Below are positions 56,192-64,000 of a DNA stretch of 64,000 bases, in pieces. This DNA is from an uncultured delta proteobacterium (lineage in GTDB: Bacteria > Desulfobacterota > DSM-4660 > Desulfatiglandales > HGW-15), in the NCBI GenBank assembly GCA_963707125.1, contig CAVPOU010000007.1:22333-86332 (forward strand), given 5' to 3'. The stretch's first letter is position 1. Each line of letters begins with the position of its first letter. A program made the translations under genes and the position numbers. The notes below the pieces were generated by a model, which did no database searches, was not told where the DNA came from, and saw only the letters and a list, made by a program, of their open reading frames with translations.

Positions 56192-57304
56192 TCATTCCTG
56201 TTTTTTTTCTGGCTGCGAGGCAAGGGCCGCCGGAGAAACGTGCAACAGGAAAAAGGCAAAGAGACCGAGGATCAGGGTAGGGAAAAAGAAGGAGGCATGC
56301 CACAAGATGGCGGCGCTCAAGCCTTCCTCCTTGCCGATCCCGTAAAAGAGATAGGCATATTGAACAGCGAGGTGAAAGGTCCCGATAAAACCTGGAGCAG
56401 AAGGGATCATGACGCCGAAAGAGGCCATGGCCATGACCAGAAAGGGGGCAATCAGAGGCATCTGAAGATGGATGGAAAGCTCGACCAGCTTGATCTGGCA
56501 AAGGGATGCGACCCAGAGCAGGAGGGAATAGAAAATGATCAGGACCCATCGGAAGGGGTTTTTGGTCATGGCAAGACCCAGGCTGAAGTTCCACACGACG
56601 TTGATGATTCTTGAACGAAAGGCCCCGGGGACCAGGAAGAGAAGCCGGTCGAGTAGATTGAGGAAGAGCTTCGCTTTGTACTTGAAACCGACAAGAAAGG
56701 AGATCAGCAACAGGTAGGCGACAAGCAGGAAGACCCCGGTTGCCCGGAGGCTGACGCCTATGGACTGCCACTCACCCGAAAAGCTTGTTCCCATGAGGCC
56801 GATCATCAGGAAGAGGAGCAGCGTAAGCCCATCAAAAATCCTTTCCACCACGATCGTCCCGAAGGTCGAGCTGGCGCTGATGTGCTCTCTCTGTCCCAGA
56901 TAGTTGGCCCTAATGATTTCTCCGAGCCTGGCTGGAAGAATACAGTTGGCGGCAAAACCGATCAGCAGAGCGTAGAGGCGGCTGGAAAATGCCGTCTTCT
57001 TGATCGGCTCGATCAGGATGCTCCAGCGCCACGCTCGGATCACGTACTGGAAGAGGTTGAGCAGGATGACCAGGGCAAACAAAGCAGGATCCGCCGCACG
57101 GATGACAAGCCACATCCTCGCAGGATCCACCTGCCGGAGAGCAAGGTAAACGAAAAGAGCGCTGATCAGGAGTCCGACCCATACTCTCCAGTTGACGGAT
57201 TTGGCTTTACCGCTTCGGGGTTTCACTGAAGACTTCTTTGGCTTGTGTGATGTCGTGGGCGATCTGAGCAGAGAGTTCCTCAAAAGTTTTGAAGGTCTTT
57301 TCAT
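56192..57304 (-). CDS. UPF0104 / lysyl-PG-synthase-TM-like (flippase-like) membrane protein
   Basis: Basic N-terminus followed by ~8 TM segments (AANCILPARLGEIIRANYL). The annotated start overlaps the ribF 3' end by ~98 nt, so the true start may be internal. Confidence 0.7.
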   Translation of the reverse strand: MKRPSKLLRNSLLRSPTTSHKPKKSSVKPRSGKAKSVNWRVWVGLLISALFVYLALRQVDPARMWLVIRAADPALFALVILLNLFQYVIRAWRWSILIEPIKKTAFSSRLYALLIGFAANCILPARLGEIIRANYLGQREHISASSTFGTIVVERIFDGLTLLLFLMIGLMGTSFSGEWQSIGVSLRATGVFLLVAYLLLISFLVGFKYKAKLFLNLLDRLLFLVPGAFRSRIINVVWNFSLGLAMTKNPFRWVLIIFYSLLLWVASLCQIKLVELSIHLQMPLIAPFLVMAMASFGVMIPSAPGFIGTFHLAVQYAYLFYGIGKEEGLSAAILWHASFFFPTLILGLFAFFLLHVSPAALASQPEKKQE

Positions 57305-58145
57305 CTCTCAGGCGCTTGATGAAATGCACTTTGATCGTTTTCCCCAAAAGATCGCCCGAGTAATTCAGGACGTGAGTTTCGACCGTTAGACCGGTGTCCC
57401 CGAAGGTCGGGTTATACCCGACATTGGTCACTCCGTTGTAGAAGGCATCATCGATGACCAACTGGACGGCATAGACCCCCCTTTTGGGAAGCAGTTCCCC
57501 ATGGGGGTTCAAGTTGGCGGTAGGGAAACCCAGCAGGCGACCTCCCCTGTCTTGACCCTTCACAACGATCCCCTGCACCTCGAAATCCCTTCCGAGGAGC
57601 ACCTTGGCTTCCCCAAGTCTGCCTTCCTGAACCAGCCTTCTGATCGATGTGCTGGAAACGAGGGTGTGATCTATCTGAACAGGCCCGACAAGGTGGACGA
57701 TAAAACCGAGTTCGTTTCCCATTTCCGTCAGAAGATTCATATCGCCCTCTCGGTTGTGACCGAAGGTGTAGTCATATCCCACCACAATCTCCTTGATCCC
57801 GATTTTCTGAACCAGGATTTTGTTGACGAAGTCCCGAGCCGAGATCGCGGCGAATTCGCGGTCAAAGGAGACGCAGACGATGATATCGATGCCCGCCTTT
57901 TCAATGAGTTCAAGTTTCTGGCCGGTATGAGTGATCAACTGAAGGCCGTTGGCCGGTCTCATGATTTTCAGGGGGTGGGGTTCAAAGGTTAGGACCACGG
58001 ACTGTCCGCCGATGGCTTTTGCTCTTTCCTTGACCTTGTCAAAAAGAGCAAGGTGTCCTTTGTGGACTCCGTCAAAGTTGCCGATCGTCAGAACAGGATC
58101 GGTGAGCGGTTTTCTGATCTCTTTGAGGTTGAAGATCACACGCAT
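57207..58145 (-). CDS. ribF: bifunctional riboflavin kinase / FMN adenylyltransferase
   Basis: LTIGNFDGVHKGHLAL, GFPTANL, and the C-terminal kinase domain. Start taken at MRVIFNLKEI (ATG 58145). Confidence 0.9.
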   Translation of the reverse strand: MRVIFNLKEIRKPLTDPVLTIGNFDGVHKGHLALFDKVKERAKAIGGQSVVLTFEPHPLKIMRPANGLQLITHTGQKLELIEKAGIDIIVCVSFDREFAAISARDFVNKILVQKIGIKEIVVGYDYTFGHNREGDMNLLTEMGNELGFIVHLVGPVQIDHTLVSSTSIRRLVQEGRLGEAKVLLGRDFEVQGIVVKGQDRGGRLLGFPTANLNPHGELLPKRGVYAVQLVIDDAFYNGVTNVGYNPTFGDTGLTVETHVLNYSGDLLGKTIKVHFIKRLRDEKTFKTFEELSAQIAHDITQAKEVFSETPKR

Positions 58146-58260
58146 GAATCGGAAAGACTCCCTTTCCCCACAGACGGCGCCCTGCCGACAACCTGTCTGG
58201 TAACAATCGTGTTGGGCGCATGGCTCAACAAAAAAACGGCTACAGTTTATTTGCCCTGTC

Positions 58261-58322
58261 ATTCCCGCGGAGGCGGGAATCCAGTGATCTCCGGTTCTTC
58301 TGGACTCCCGCCTGCGCGGGAG
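58261..58322. repeat. twin-hairpin REP-like element
   Basis: ATTCCCGC-GGAG-GCGGGAAT (58261-58280) and CTCCCGC-CTGC-GCGGGAG (58305-58322). Confidence 0.6.
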
Positions 58323-58518
58323 CGACGGTGGTGCATTTCCTTCTCTCACTTTGACAAAGAAGTCAAGTTGTCGGAGAGCCTCTCCAGTCTGATTGGATGA
58401 GTTGGGCAACAAGATCGCCAAAGGTCTCACGTTTAAACCGCAGCAGGATAAAATTAAAGAGTTGACACGTGTTGGTGGCTAATATAGATAATTAGTTTGA
58501 AATATCAATCAATTTTGT

Positions 58519-58605
58519 GCGGAAGTGGCGGAACTGGTAGACGCGCTAGGTTCAGGGTCTAGTGTGAGCAATCACATGGGGGTTCAAGTCCCCCCTTCCG
58601 CACCA
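58519..58605 (+). tRNA. tRNA-Leu (anticodon CAG), encoded CCA
   Basis: Acceptor GCGGAAG/CTTCCGC, anticodon loop TTCAGGG, long variable arm TGTGAGCAATCACATG, T-arm GGGGTTCAAGTCCCC, then A-CCA. Confidence 0.9.
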
Positions 58606-58732
58606 CCGAAAATTCAGGCAGAGATCAAGGCGATTGCGGCTTTTTTTGTCGTGGCGATCGCGGGGCGGACGAGCCCGTCCTACCGGAAAGGCAGAGACTC
58701 TCCGGCGCATTGGGTCTTATGCGACTTTTCTT

Positions 58733-59235
58733 TGACTCGGGAGATCAGGAGGGGTACTTGCCTGCGATGTAATTGCTCAACTGTTTGATGAGCTCTTCCT
58801 GCTCGGAGACAATGGATTTCACCACGTCACCGATCGACACCACGCCGACGAACTGGTTGTTTTCAAACACAGGGAGGTGCCTCACGTGTTTCCCTGTCAT
58901 CAGGATCATGCACTCCTCGACACTGTTATCCGGTTTGACCGCATACATTTCAGATGCCGGGGTCATGATTTCTTCTACCTTGGTCTCTTTGGAAGTCTTT
59001 CCCTTGAGGATCACCTTTCTAGCGTAGTCTCTCTCTGAAATAATCCCGGCCACTTTGCCATGATCGTCGATGACCATGAGCGCACCGATTTGCTTTTCTC
59101 CCATCAATTTCAGCGCGTCATAGACCGCGACATATGGCAAAATCGACCAGATCTCCTTTTTCTTGTCCTTCAAGACCTCTTTCTCGCTTTTCATCATTCA
59201 CCCCCTTTTTGTTTTCATCCATCACCGAAGCCCCA
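58733..59235. repeat. 503-bp direct repeat, copy 1 (partner 61994-62496)
   Basis: Aligned by eye end to end. The offset is exactly 3261 bp. Confidence 0.85.
58745..59197 (-). CDS. CBS-domain-pair protein, copy 1
   Basis: Two CBS motifs (ALMVIDDHGKVAGIISERD; LPVFENNQFVGVVSIGD). Confidence 0.8.
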   Translation of the reverse strand: MMKSEKEVLKDKKKEIWSILPYVAVYDALKLMGEKQIGALMVIDDHGKVAGIISERDYARKVILKGKTSKETKVEEIMTPASEMYAVKPDNSVEECMILMTGKHVRHLPVFENNQFVGVVSIGDVVKSIVSEQEELIKQLSNYIAGKYPS

Positions 59236-59341
59236 CGCCATGTTGCCCTCTTTTTCCCTTTGACACACCACTCCAAAATCCCTACACTCGCCTTCGCCTG
59301 AAGCACCTTCTTATCATCAAATCCTGCCGGGAGAAGACAAC

Positions 59342-61996
59342 ATGATTCCTTTAAGAGATAGGCTTTCGCATCTCACCTACCGCCAAGCCAGTAAGCTCCT
59401 TGGGCCCGAAGGAGAGCAGCTGATCAGGCAGGGCGGAAAATATGACTTCAACATCGAGGAGCAGGTCGCCTGGGGAGAGGATCTCTTGAGGATCAATCTG
59501 GGAGACGCCCTGGTCACCTTCTCCATGACACCGGGAAGACCCAGAACCCTTGATTTCACATGCAGCAAATGCACCAAGGCGTGCGAACATCTTGGGGCCG
59601 CCTTTTCTCTCATTCTTGAGGAAAAACTGGCGCTGGGGCTTTCCGCTCCTCCTCCTGAAAAAGTGCCCGTCGAAAGCCTCAGCGACGAGGAGCTTGTCAG
59701 TCTGGCCATCGAGGACAGGGCTGAGCGGGCGAAGACGGAAAAGATGTCTCTGAGACCCACAGATGGACACGAGCTGTGGGCGGACTATACGGTGACCAAT
59801 CGTTCTTCAGGAAAGACCTATCGCGTCGCTCTGAGAGGATGGGAGAGGGGAGACTCGTACTGTTCGTGTCCGGATTTTCGAAAGAGCACCCTGGGCACCT
59901 GTAAACATATTCTCTATGCTCTCTCAGCGGTGAAGAAAAGGTTCCGGAAATCCGCCCTGGAGAAACCCTATCAGGTCACAGCCCTCGCCGTTCACCTCCG
60001 CTATGGCGAAGAGACGGAGCTCCGCGTCCTCGTCCCGGATGGGCTTGACAGTCAAGTCATGGCCCTTCTCCATCCTTTCATGAATCGTCCGATCAAGAAG
60101 GTGAGAGATCTTGTCGAATGTATCAGGCAAATCGAATTCCTGGAGCACGACGTCACGGTTTATCCGGATGCCGAGGAATACATCCACCGGGCCCTCTACC
60201 GGGATCGGATAGAGAAGAAGGTGGCGGAAATCCGGAGAGATCCTAAAATTCATGATCTGCGAAAGACCCTTCTCAAGGCCGAACTCCTCCCCTACCAGCT
60301 TGATGGTGTCGCTTTTGCGGTTGGCGCCGGAAGGGCGGTGCTTGCCGATGATATGGGCCTCGGCAAGACGATCCAGGGAATCGGGGTCGCCGAGATGCTC
60401 TGCCTGGAGGCGGGAATTTCGAGAGTTCTTGTCATTTGTCCTGCGTCCCTGAAATCTCACTGGCAGCAGGAGATCGAGCGCTTTTCAGGTCGGAGCTGTC
60501 AGCTCGTTCTCGGATCAGCAAAGGAAAGGACCGCTCAATATGGGAACGACTGTTTTTTCACCATCTGTAACTATGAACAGGTCCTCAGGGATCTTCTCGC
60601 CATTGAAAGGACGAAGTGGGATCTCATCATCCTGGATGAGGGACAGAGGATCAAGAACTGGGAGGCCAAGACAAGCCAGGTGATCAAGGCCCTAAAGTCT
60701 CCCTTTGCACTGGTTCTTTCCGGAACCCCCCTTGAAAACCGATTGGATGAACTCTTTTCCGTTGTCGAGTTTATCGATGATCGGCGTCTCGGGCCTGCCT
60801 TCCGCTTCTACAACCGCTACAGGGTCGTGGATGAGAAAGGGAAAGTGCTTGGGTATAAGAATTTGGATGACCTCAGAGAAAGATTGAAGCCTGTGCTTCT
60901 TCGCCGGACACGAAAGACGGTGATGACGGAATTGCCTTCGAGGACAACCGAGGTCAGAAGAATCCCTCCCACAGAGGAGCAACTCGACCTTCATCATGGC
61001 CAGATGAAGATCATCAGCAAGATCATCTCAAAGCGATATATCTCCGAGATGGATCTTCTCCGTCTGCAAAAAGCCCTTTTGCTCTGCCGGATGGCGGCGA
61101 ACAGCACCTTTCTGGTCGATAAGGTTGCGCCCGGATATTCGAGCAAGCTCGTGGAATTTGAGAATCTCATCGACCAGTTGATCGAGGAGGAAGATCGAAA
61201 GATCGTTCTCTTTTCCGAATGGACGACCATGTTGAATCTGATCGAGCCGATCCTTTCAAAACGAAGGCTCAACTTCGTGAGACTCGATGGTTCCGTCCCG
61301 CAGAAGAAAAGACAGGGATTGATTTCCCAGTTTCAGAGAGAACGCAACTGCAAGCTCTTTATCACGACCAATGCCGGTTCAGTGGGGCTCAATCTTCAGG
61401 CTGCAAACACAGTGATCAACGTCGATCTTCCGTGGAATCCCGCCGTTCTGGAGCAGAGGATCTCCCGTGTCCATCGGATGGGTCAGAAGAAACCGGTCCA
61501 GGCTTTTCTCCTGGTGACGGAAGAGACTCTGGAAGAAAAACTCCTGGGGACCCTTTCCGCTAAGCATGCGCTCGCCATGGCCGCTCTTGACCCTGATTCG
61601 AAGGTGAAGGCGGTGGACCTTGCGAGCGGCATGGAGGAATTGAAAAGACGACTGGAAGTTCTTCTGGGGACCAAACCGGATGCAGCTCTCGACGAAAGCA
61701 GGAAAAGGGAAGTGGAAAAGGAGGCCGAAGGACTTGCCCGGAAAGAGAAGGTAGCAGCAGCCGGCGGACAGCTCTTTGGAGCAGCGTTTGCCTTTATCGG
61801 GGAAATATTCTCACAGAAGGAGGAGACTGAAGAGGCCGCTCAGATGGCTGACCTTTTCAGGAAGCGCCTTTCCGAGTGTATGGAAAGAGGCGAGGATGGC
61901 CACCTGAAAATGACCATCACCCTACCGGACGAATCTGTTCTCAACAATATGGCCAAGTCGCTTGCTCAGGTTCTGGGTTCGGCAAAGAACTTGTGA
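59342..61996 (+). CDS. SNF2-family helicase with N-terminal SWIM zinc-finger(s)
   Basis: CSCPDFRKSTLGTCKHI (CxC..CxH), LADDMGLGKT, ILDEGQRIKN, and C-terminal helicase motifs (TNAGSVGLNLQAANTVINVDLPWNPAVLEQRISRVHRMGQ). Confidence 0.85.
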   Translation: MIPLRDRLSHLTYRQASKLLGPEGEQLIRQGGKYDFNIEEQVAWGEDLLRINLGDALVTFSMTPGRPRTLDFTCSKCTKACEHLGAAFSLILEEKLALGLSAPPPEKVPVESLSDEELVSLAIEDRAERAKTEKMSLRPTDGHELWADYTVTNRSSGKTYRVALRGWERGDSYCSCPDFRKSTLGTCKHILYALSAVKKRFRKSALEKPYQVTALAVHLRYGEETELRVLVPDGLDSQVMALLHPFMNRPIKKVRDLVECIRQIEFLEHDVTVYPDAEEYIHRALYRDRIEKKVAEIRRDPKIHDLRKTLLKAELLPYQLDGVAFAVGAGRAVLADDMGLGKTIQGIGVAEMLCLEAGISRVLVICPASLKSHWQQEIERFSGRSCQLVLGSAKERTAQYGNDCFFTICNYEQVLRDLLAIERTKWDLIILDEGQRIKNWEAKTSQVIKALKSPFALVLSGTPLENRLDELFSVVEFIDDRRLGPAFRFYNRYRVVDEKGKVLGYKNLDDLRERLKPVLLRRTRKTVMTELPSRTTEVRRIPPTEEQLDLHHGQMKIISKIISKRYISEMDLLRLQKALLLCRMAANSTFLVDKVAPGYSSKLVEFENLIDQLIEEEDRKIVLFSEWTTMLNLIEPILSKRRLNFVRLDGSVPQKKRQGLISQFQRERNCKLFITTNAGSVGLNLQAANTVINVDLPWNPAVLEQRISRVHRMGQKKPVQAFLLVTEETLEEKLLGTLSAKHALAMAALDPDSKVKAVDLASGMEELKRRLEVLLGTKPDAALDESRKREVEKEAEGLARKEKVAAAGGQLFGAAFAFIGEIFSQKEETEEAAQMADLFRKRLSECMERGEDGHLKMTITLPDESVLNNMAKSLAQVLGSAKNL

Positions 61997-62496
61997 CTCG
62001 GGAGATTAGGAGGGGTACTTGCCTGCGATGTAATTGCTCAACTGTTCGATGAGCGCTTCCTGTTCGGAGACAATGGATTTCACCACGTCACCGATCGACA
62101 CCACGCCGACGAACTGGTTGTTTTCAAACACAGGGAGGTGCCTCACGTGCTTCCCTGTCATCAGGATCATGCACTCCTCGACACTGTTATCCGGTTTGAC
62201 CGCATACCTTTCAGATGCCGGGGTCATGATTTCTTCCACCTTGGTCTCTTTGGAAGTTTTTCCCTTGAGGATCACCTTTCTAGCGTAGTCCCTCTCTGAA
62301 ATAATCCCGGCCACTTTGCCATGATCGTCGATGACCATGAGCGCACCGATTTGCTTTTCTCCCATCAATTTCAGCGCATCATAGACCGCGACATATGGCA
62401 AAATCGACCAGACCTCCTTTTTCTTATCCTTCAAGACTTCTTTCACGCTTTTCATCATTCACCCCCTTTTTGTTTTCATCCATCACCAAAGCCCCA
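61994..62496. repeat. 503-bp direct repeat, copy 2
   Basis: It begins at the TGA stop of the SNF2 gene. Confidence 0.85.
62006..62458 (-). CDS. CBS-domain-pair protein, copy 2
   Basis: Differs from copy 1 at 5 of 150 residues (E5V, I16V, M->R, E->A, K->E). Confidence 0.8.
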   Translation of the reverse strand: MMKSVKEVLKDKKKEVWSILPYVAVYDALKLMGEKQIGALMVIDDHGKVAGIISERDYARKVILKGKTSKETKVEEIMTPASERYAVKPDNSVEECMILMTGKHVRHLPVFENNQFVGVVSIGDVVKSIVSEQEALIEQLSNYIAGKYPS

Positions 62497-62592
62497 GAAA
62501 AGTGCTATACTACAAAGGTAAAGGAAACAGCAGGCAAGAACATTTCTGAGCGGCCTCTTGCCATGAAGATGAAAGTGGCGTAAATATAAGTG

Positions 62593-62719
62593 GCAGGTTG
62601 CTGAAAAACGCCCATCTACCGCGTTGCCCTCATCCTTCGTCATTGCGACGTACTTCCATGTACGTCTCACTCCTCGTGATTTCGGTCGCCTTGTATCTGA
62701 GCGTTTTTGAGCAACCTGC
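62593..62719. repeat. 127-bp element with 19-bp terminal inverted repeats
   Basis: GCAGGTTGCTGAAAAACGC ... GCGTTTTTGAGCAACCTGC (18/19 complementary). Related GAAAAACGCCCA motifs occur near 47190 and 27445. Confidence 0.6.
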
Positions 62720-62863
62720 AACGAGAGTCTTTTGCTGAAACCTGTTACTACACAGGCCTGCAGCACCTCTGCACAATGAGAAGAGTTCGCGGCCGTTCAA
62801 AAGGCTTGAGTTGGTTGAGGCCAAAGGCCTGCATTGGGAAAAAGAGAAAAGAGGCATACGAAC

Positions 62864-63133
62864 ATGAAGGAACCAAGAGATGTCGGGGTAGCCATCCATG
62901 ACCGATTTTTTACGCTCGATGTGGGCATTGATGACGAAGAGCTGGTCATGAGCCTTTTCGCCGGACTGGCTCTGTATGTTCGAAAAGGAAACTCCATCAA
63001 GGTCAGACAGTCCTACGTCACCTTCTCAGGTTCGCAGGAAATCATGACCAAGTTCATTTCCAAGACAGAACAGGTAGGGGAGTGGAGCAAGGAAACAAAG
63101 CAGCTTCTCTCTGCACTGAAAAAGAAAAGGTGA
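62864..63133 (+). CDS. hypothetical protein
   Basis: Track ORF 62834-63133 (TTG start); ATG 62864 gives MKEPRDVGVAIHDRFFTLDV... No family recognised. Confidence 0.3.
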   Translation: MKEPRDVGVAIHDRFFTLDVGIDDEELVMSLFAGLALYVRKGNSIKVRQSYVTFSGSQEIMTKFISKTEQVGEWSKETKQLLSALKKKR

Positions 63134-63174
63134 TCCGGAAATTCAATCGAACCTGCGGTGAGGAGACTTTGATT

Positions 63175-63558
63175 ATGGCTATTCTCGGCGACGATGAGAT
63201 CCTTGCAAGAGTGCACAGGTTCAAACTTTTTCGGAATGAGGGCAATCTTTACATGGATGTCTATGAAGCGGTCCTCGGAAAGCCTCCCCACAAATTCATT
63301 GCCGTCCCGAATCTCCTGCTCAAGGAATCAGAGGAGAAGTTTTTCGGCGTAGGGGACACCAAAAAAGATGCTTTGACAGACTGTCTGAAAAAGATCAGAG
63401 CGATCCCGATTCAAGAGATCGTCCCTACTGATGACTTAGAGGGAACCGAAATAGAAAGAAAGACTACGGAATACCTGGAAAAAACCTCAAGGAAGACGTC
63501 CTCCATCTGGAAGCTTCCGAAATTGTTTGCCAAAGGCCCAAAAGAAAATGACGAATGA
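63175..63558 (+). CDS. hypothetical protein
   Basis: GAGGAG precedes ATG 63175, giving MAILGDDEILARVHRFKLFRNEGNLYMDVYEAVLGKPPHKF... No family recognised. Confidence 0.4.
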   Translation: MAILGDDEILARVHRFKLFRNEGNLYMDVYEAVLGKPPHKFIAVPNLLLKESEEKFFGVGDTKKDALTDCLKKIRAIPIQEIVPTDDLEGTEIERKTTEYLEKTSRKTSSIWKLPKLFAKGPKENDE

Positions 63559-63743
63559 CAGCCGGGCCGGGGATCGGCAGAACCGTGGACCGGCGCAAAC
63601 TTGCCTTTGAAAATGCGGAGGGGAGCTTGAAATGCTTGAAAACAATTACCACTATTGATAAATAATGTGCCGTGCGGCGCTGGTTGCCGCTTCAATGAAG
63701 GGTTGAGCTTATTATGAGCCTTAAAGAAGGGATGGTGTATGAG

Positions 63744-64000
63744 ATGTCGAGAAAGAAAGGAATATTCAGAAAAACAACCTTGATCGGGTGGACCGTGATT
63801 TGCCTGATTGCAGGCTTTGGAATGGCGACGCTTCTGGATCCGATTTCAAATCCAGCGGCACAGACCCCACTATCTCCGTCGGGTGTCCCTTTGTCCTTTG
63901 CGGATCTTGCCAAGAAAGCGAAGAATTCCGTGGTGAACATCAGTACCTTGAAAGTGATCAAGGGAAGGGGGCAAGCGCCGATGCCGTTCGGTCCAAATGA
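63744..64000 (+). CDS. HtrA/DegP-family serine protease, N-terminal part (runs off window)
   Basis: My own translation gives MSRKKGIFRKTTLIGWTVICLIAGFGMATLL (signal/anchor), then ..PLSFADLAKKAKNSVVNISTLKVIKG, typical of the DegP/DegQ N-terminus. Upstream ATGs at 63714 and 63732 are possible starts. Confidence 0.6.
   Translation, partial: MSRKKGIFRKTTLIGWTVICLIAGFGMATLLDPISNPAAQTPLSPSGVPLSFADLAKKAKNSVVNISTLKVIKGRGQAPMPFGPN

Noticed and set aside
58146-58430. 95-codon N-terminal extension of ribF in the ORF track
   Set aside because: The extension reads through the twin-hairpin repeat (..WIPASAGMTG.. is a typical repeat-derived pseudo-peptide). The conserved RibF N-terminus starts at MRVIFNLKEI (58145).
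58525-58788. 87-aa plus-strand ORF
   Set aside because: It overlaps the tRNA-Leu gene and the intergenic spacer, so it is not coding.
58606-62600. tRNA-Leu 3'-end duplication (att site) flanking the CBS-SNF2 unit
   Set aside because: I could not find a second copy of the tRNA 3' segment (..GGTTCAAGTCCCCCCTTCCGCACCA) downstream. The flanking repeats are the CBS genes themselves, so classic tRNA-targeted integration is not supported.

Overview
This is a 64-kb bacterial chromosomal window, moderately GC-rich. The gene content (Rnf complex, ApbE, B12-radical SAM, flavodoxin, UGA codons at catalytic Cys positions) suggests an anaerobic, deltaproteobacterium-like organism; that is inference only.

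Most of the window is conserved housekeeping synteny:
- queA-tgt-yajC-secD-secF-TPR-mutT on the minus strand
- alr-argS-SPOR-GNAT, tatA/B-tatC, grpE-dnaK, purC, clpB, an IHF/HU-like gene
- rpsF-rpsR-DUF2232-rplI-dnaB, hflX
- apbE plus rnfCDGE-(extra ORF)-AB, a UPF0104 membrane protein, ribF, tRNA-Leu(CAG)

Observations that stand out:
1. Two in-frame UGA codons sit exactly where conserved cysteines are expected. One is at the rhodanese active-site Cys of a rhodanese/diiron-ferritin-like fusion (833-1672). The other is at the first Cys of the N-terminal CxxCxxxxC motif of RnfB (50292-51152). Both are candidate selenoproteins.
2. An extra lipoprotein-like ORF lies between rnfE and rnfA.
3. A ~4.7-kb accessory patch (DUF234 ATPase, flavodoxin, a glnD C-terminal fragment, an ORF-poor 1.45 kb) is bracketed by direct repeats of the 3' half of mutT.
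4. An SNF2/SWIM helicase is bracketed by two near-identical 503-bp repeats, each carrying a CBS-pair gene, 128 bp downstream of tRNA-Leu.
5. A two-copy ~160-bp MITE-like element, and many intergenic hairpin or mini-satellite repeats, are inserted into otherwise conserved operons.
6. Several conserved genes are broken by +/-1 indels at homopolymer runs (rnfG, photolyase-like, DUF4174, SEC-C/TPR-like). This may be consensus error rather than biology.

No rRNA, CRISPR array, integrase or transposase was recognised.
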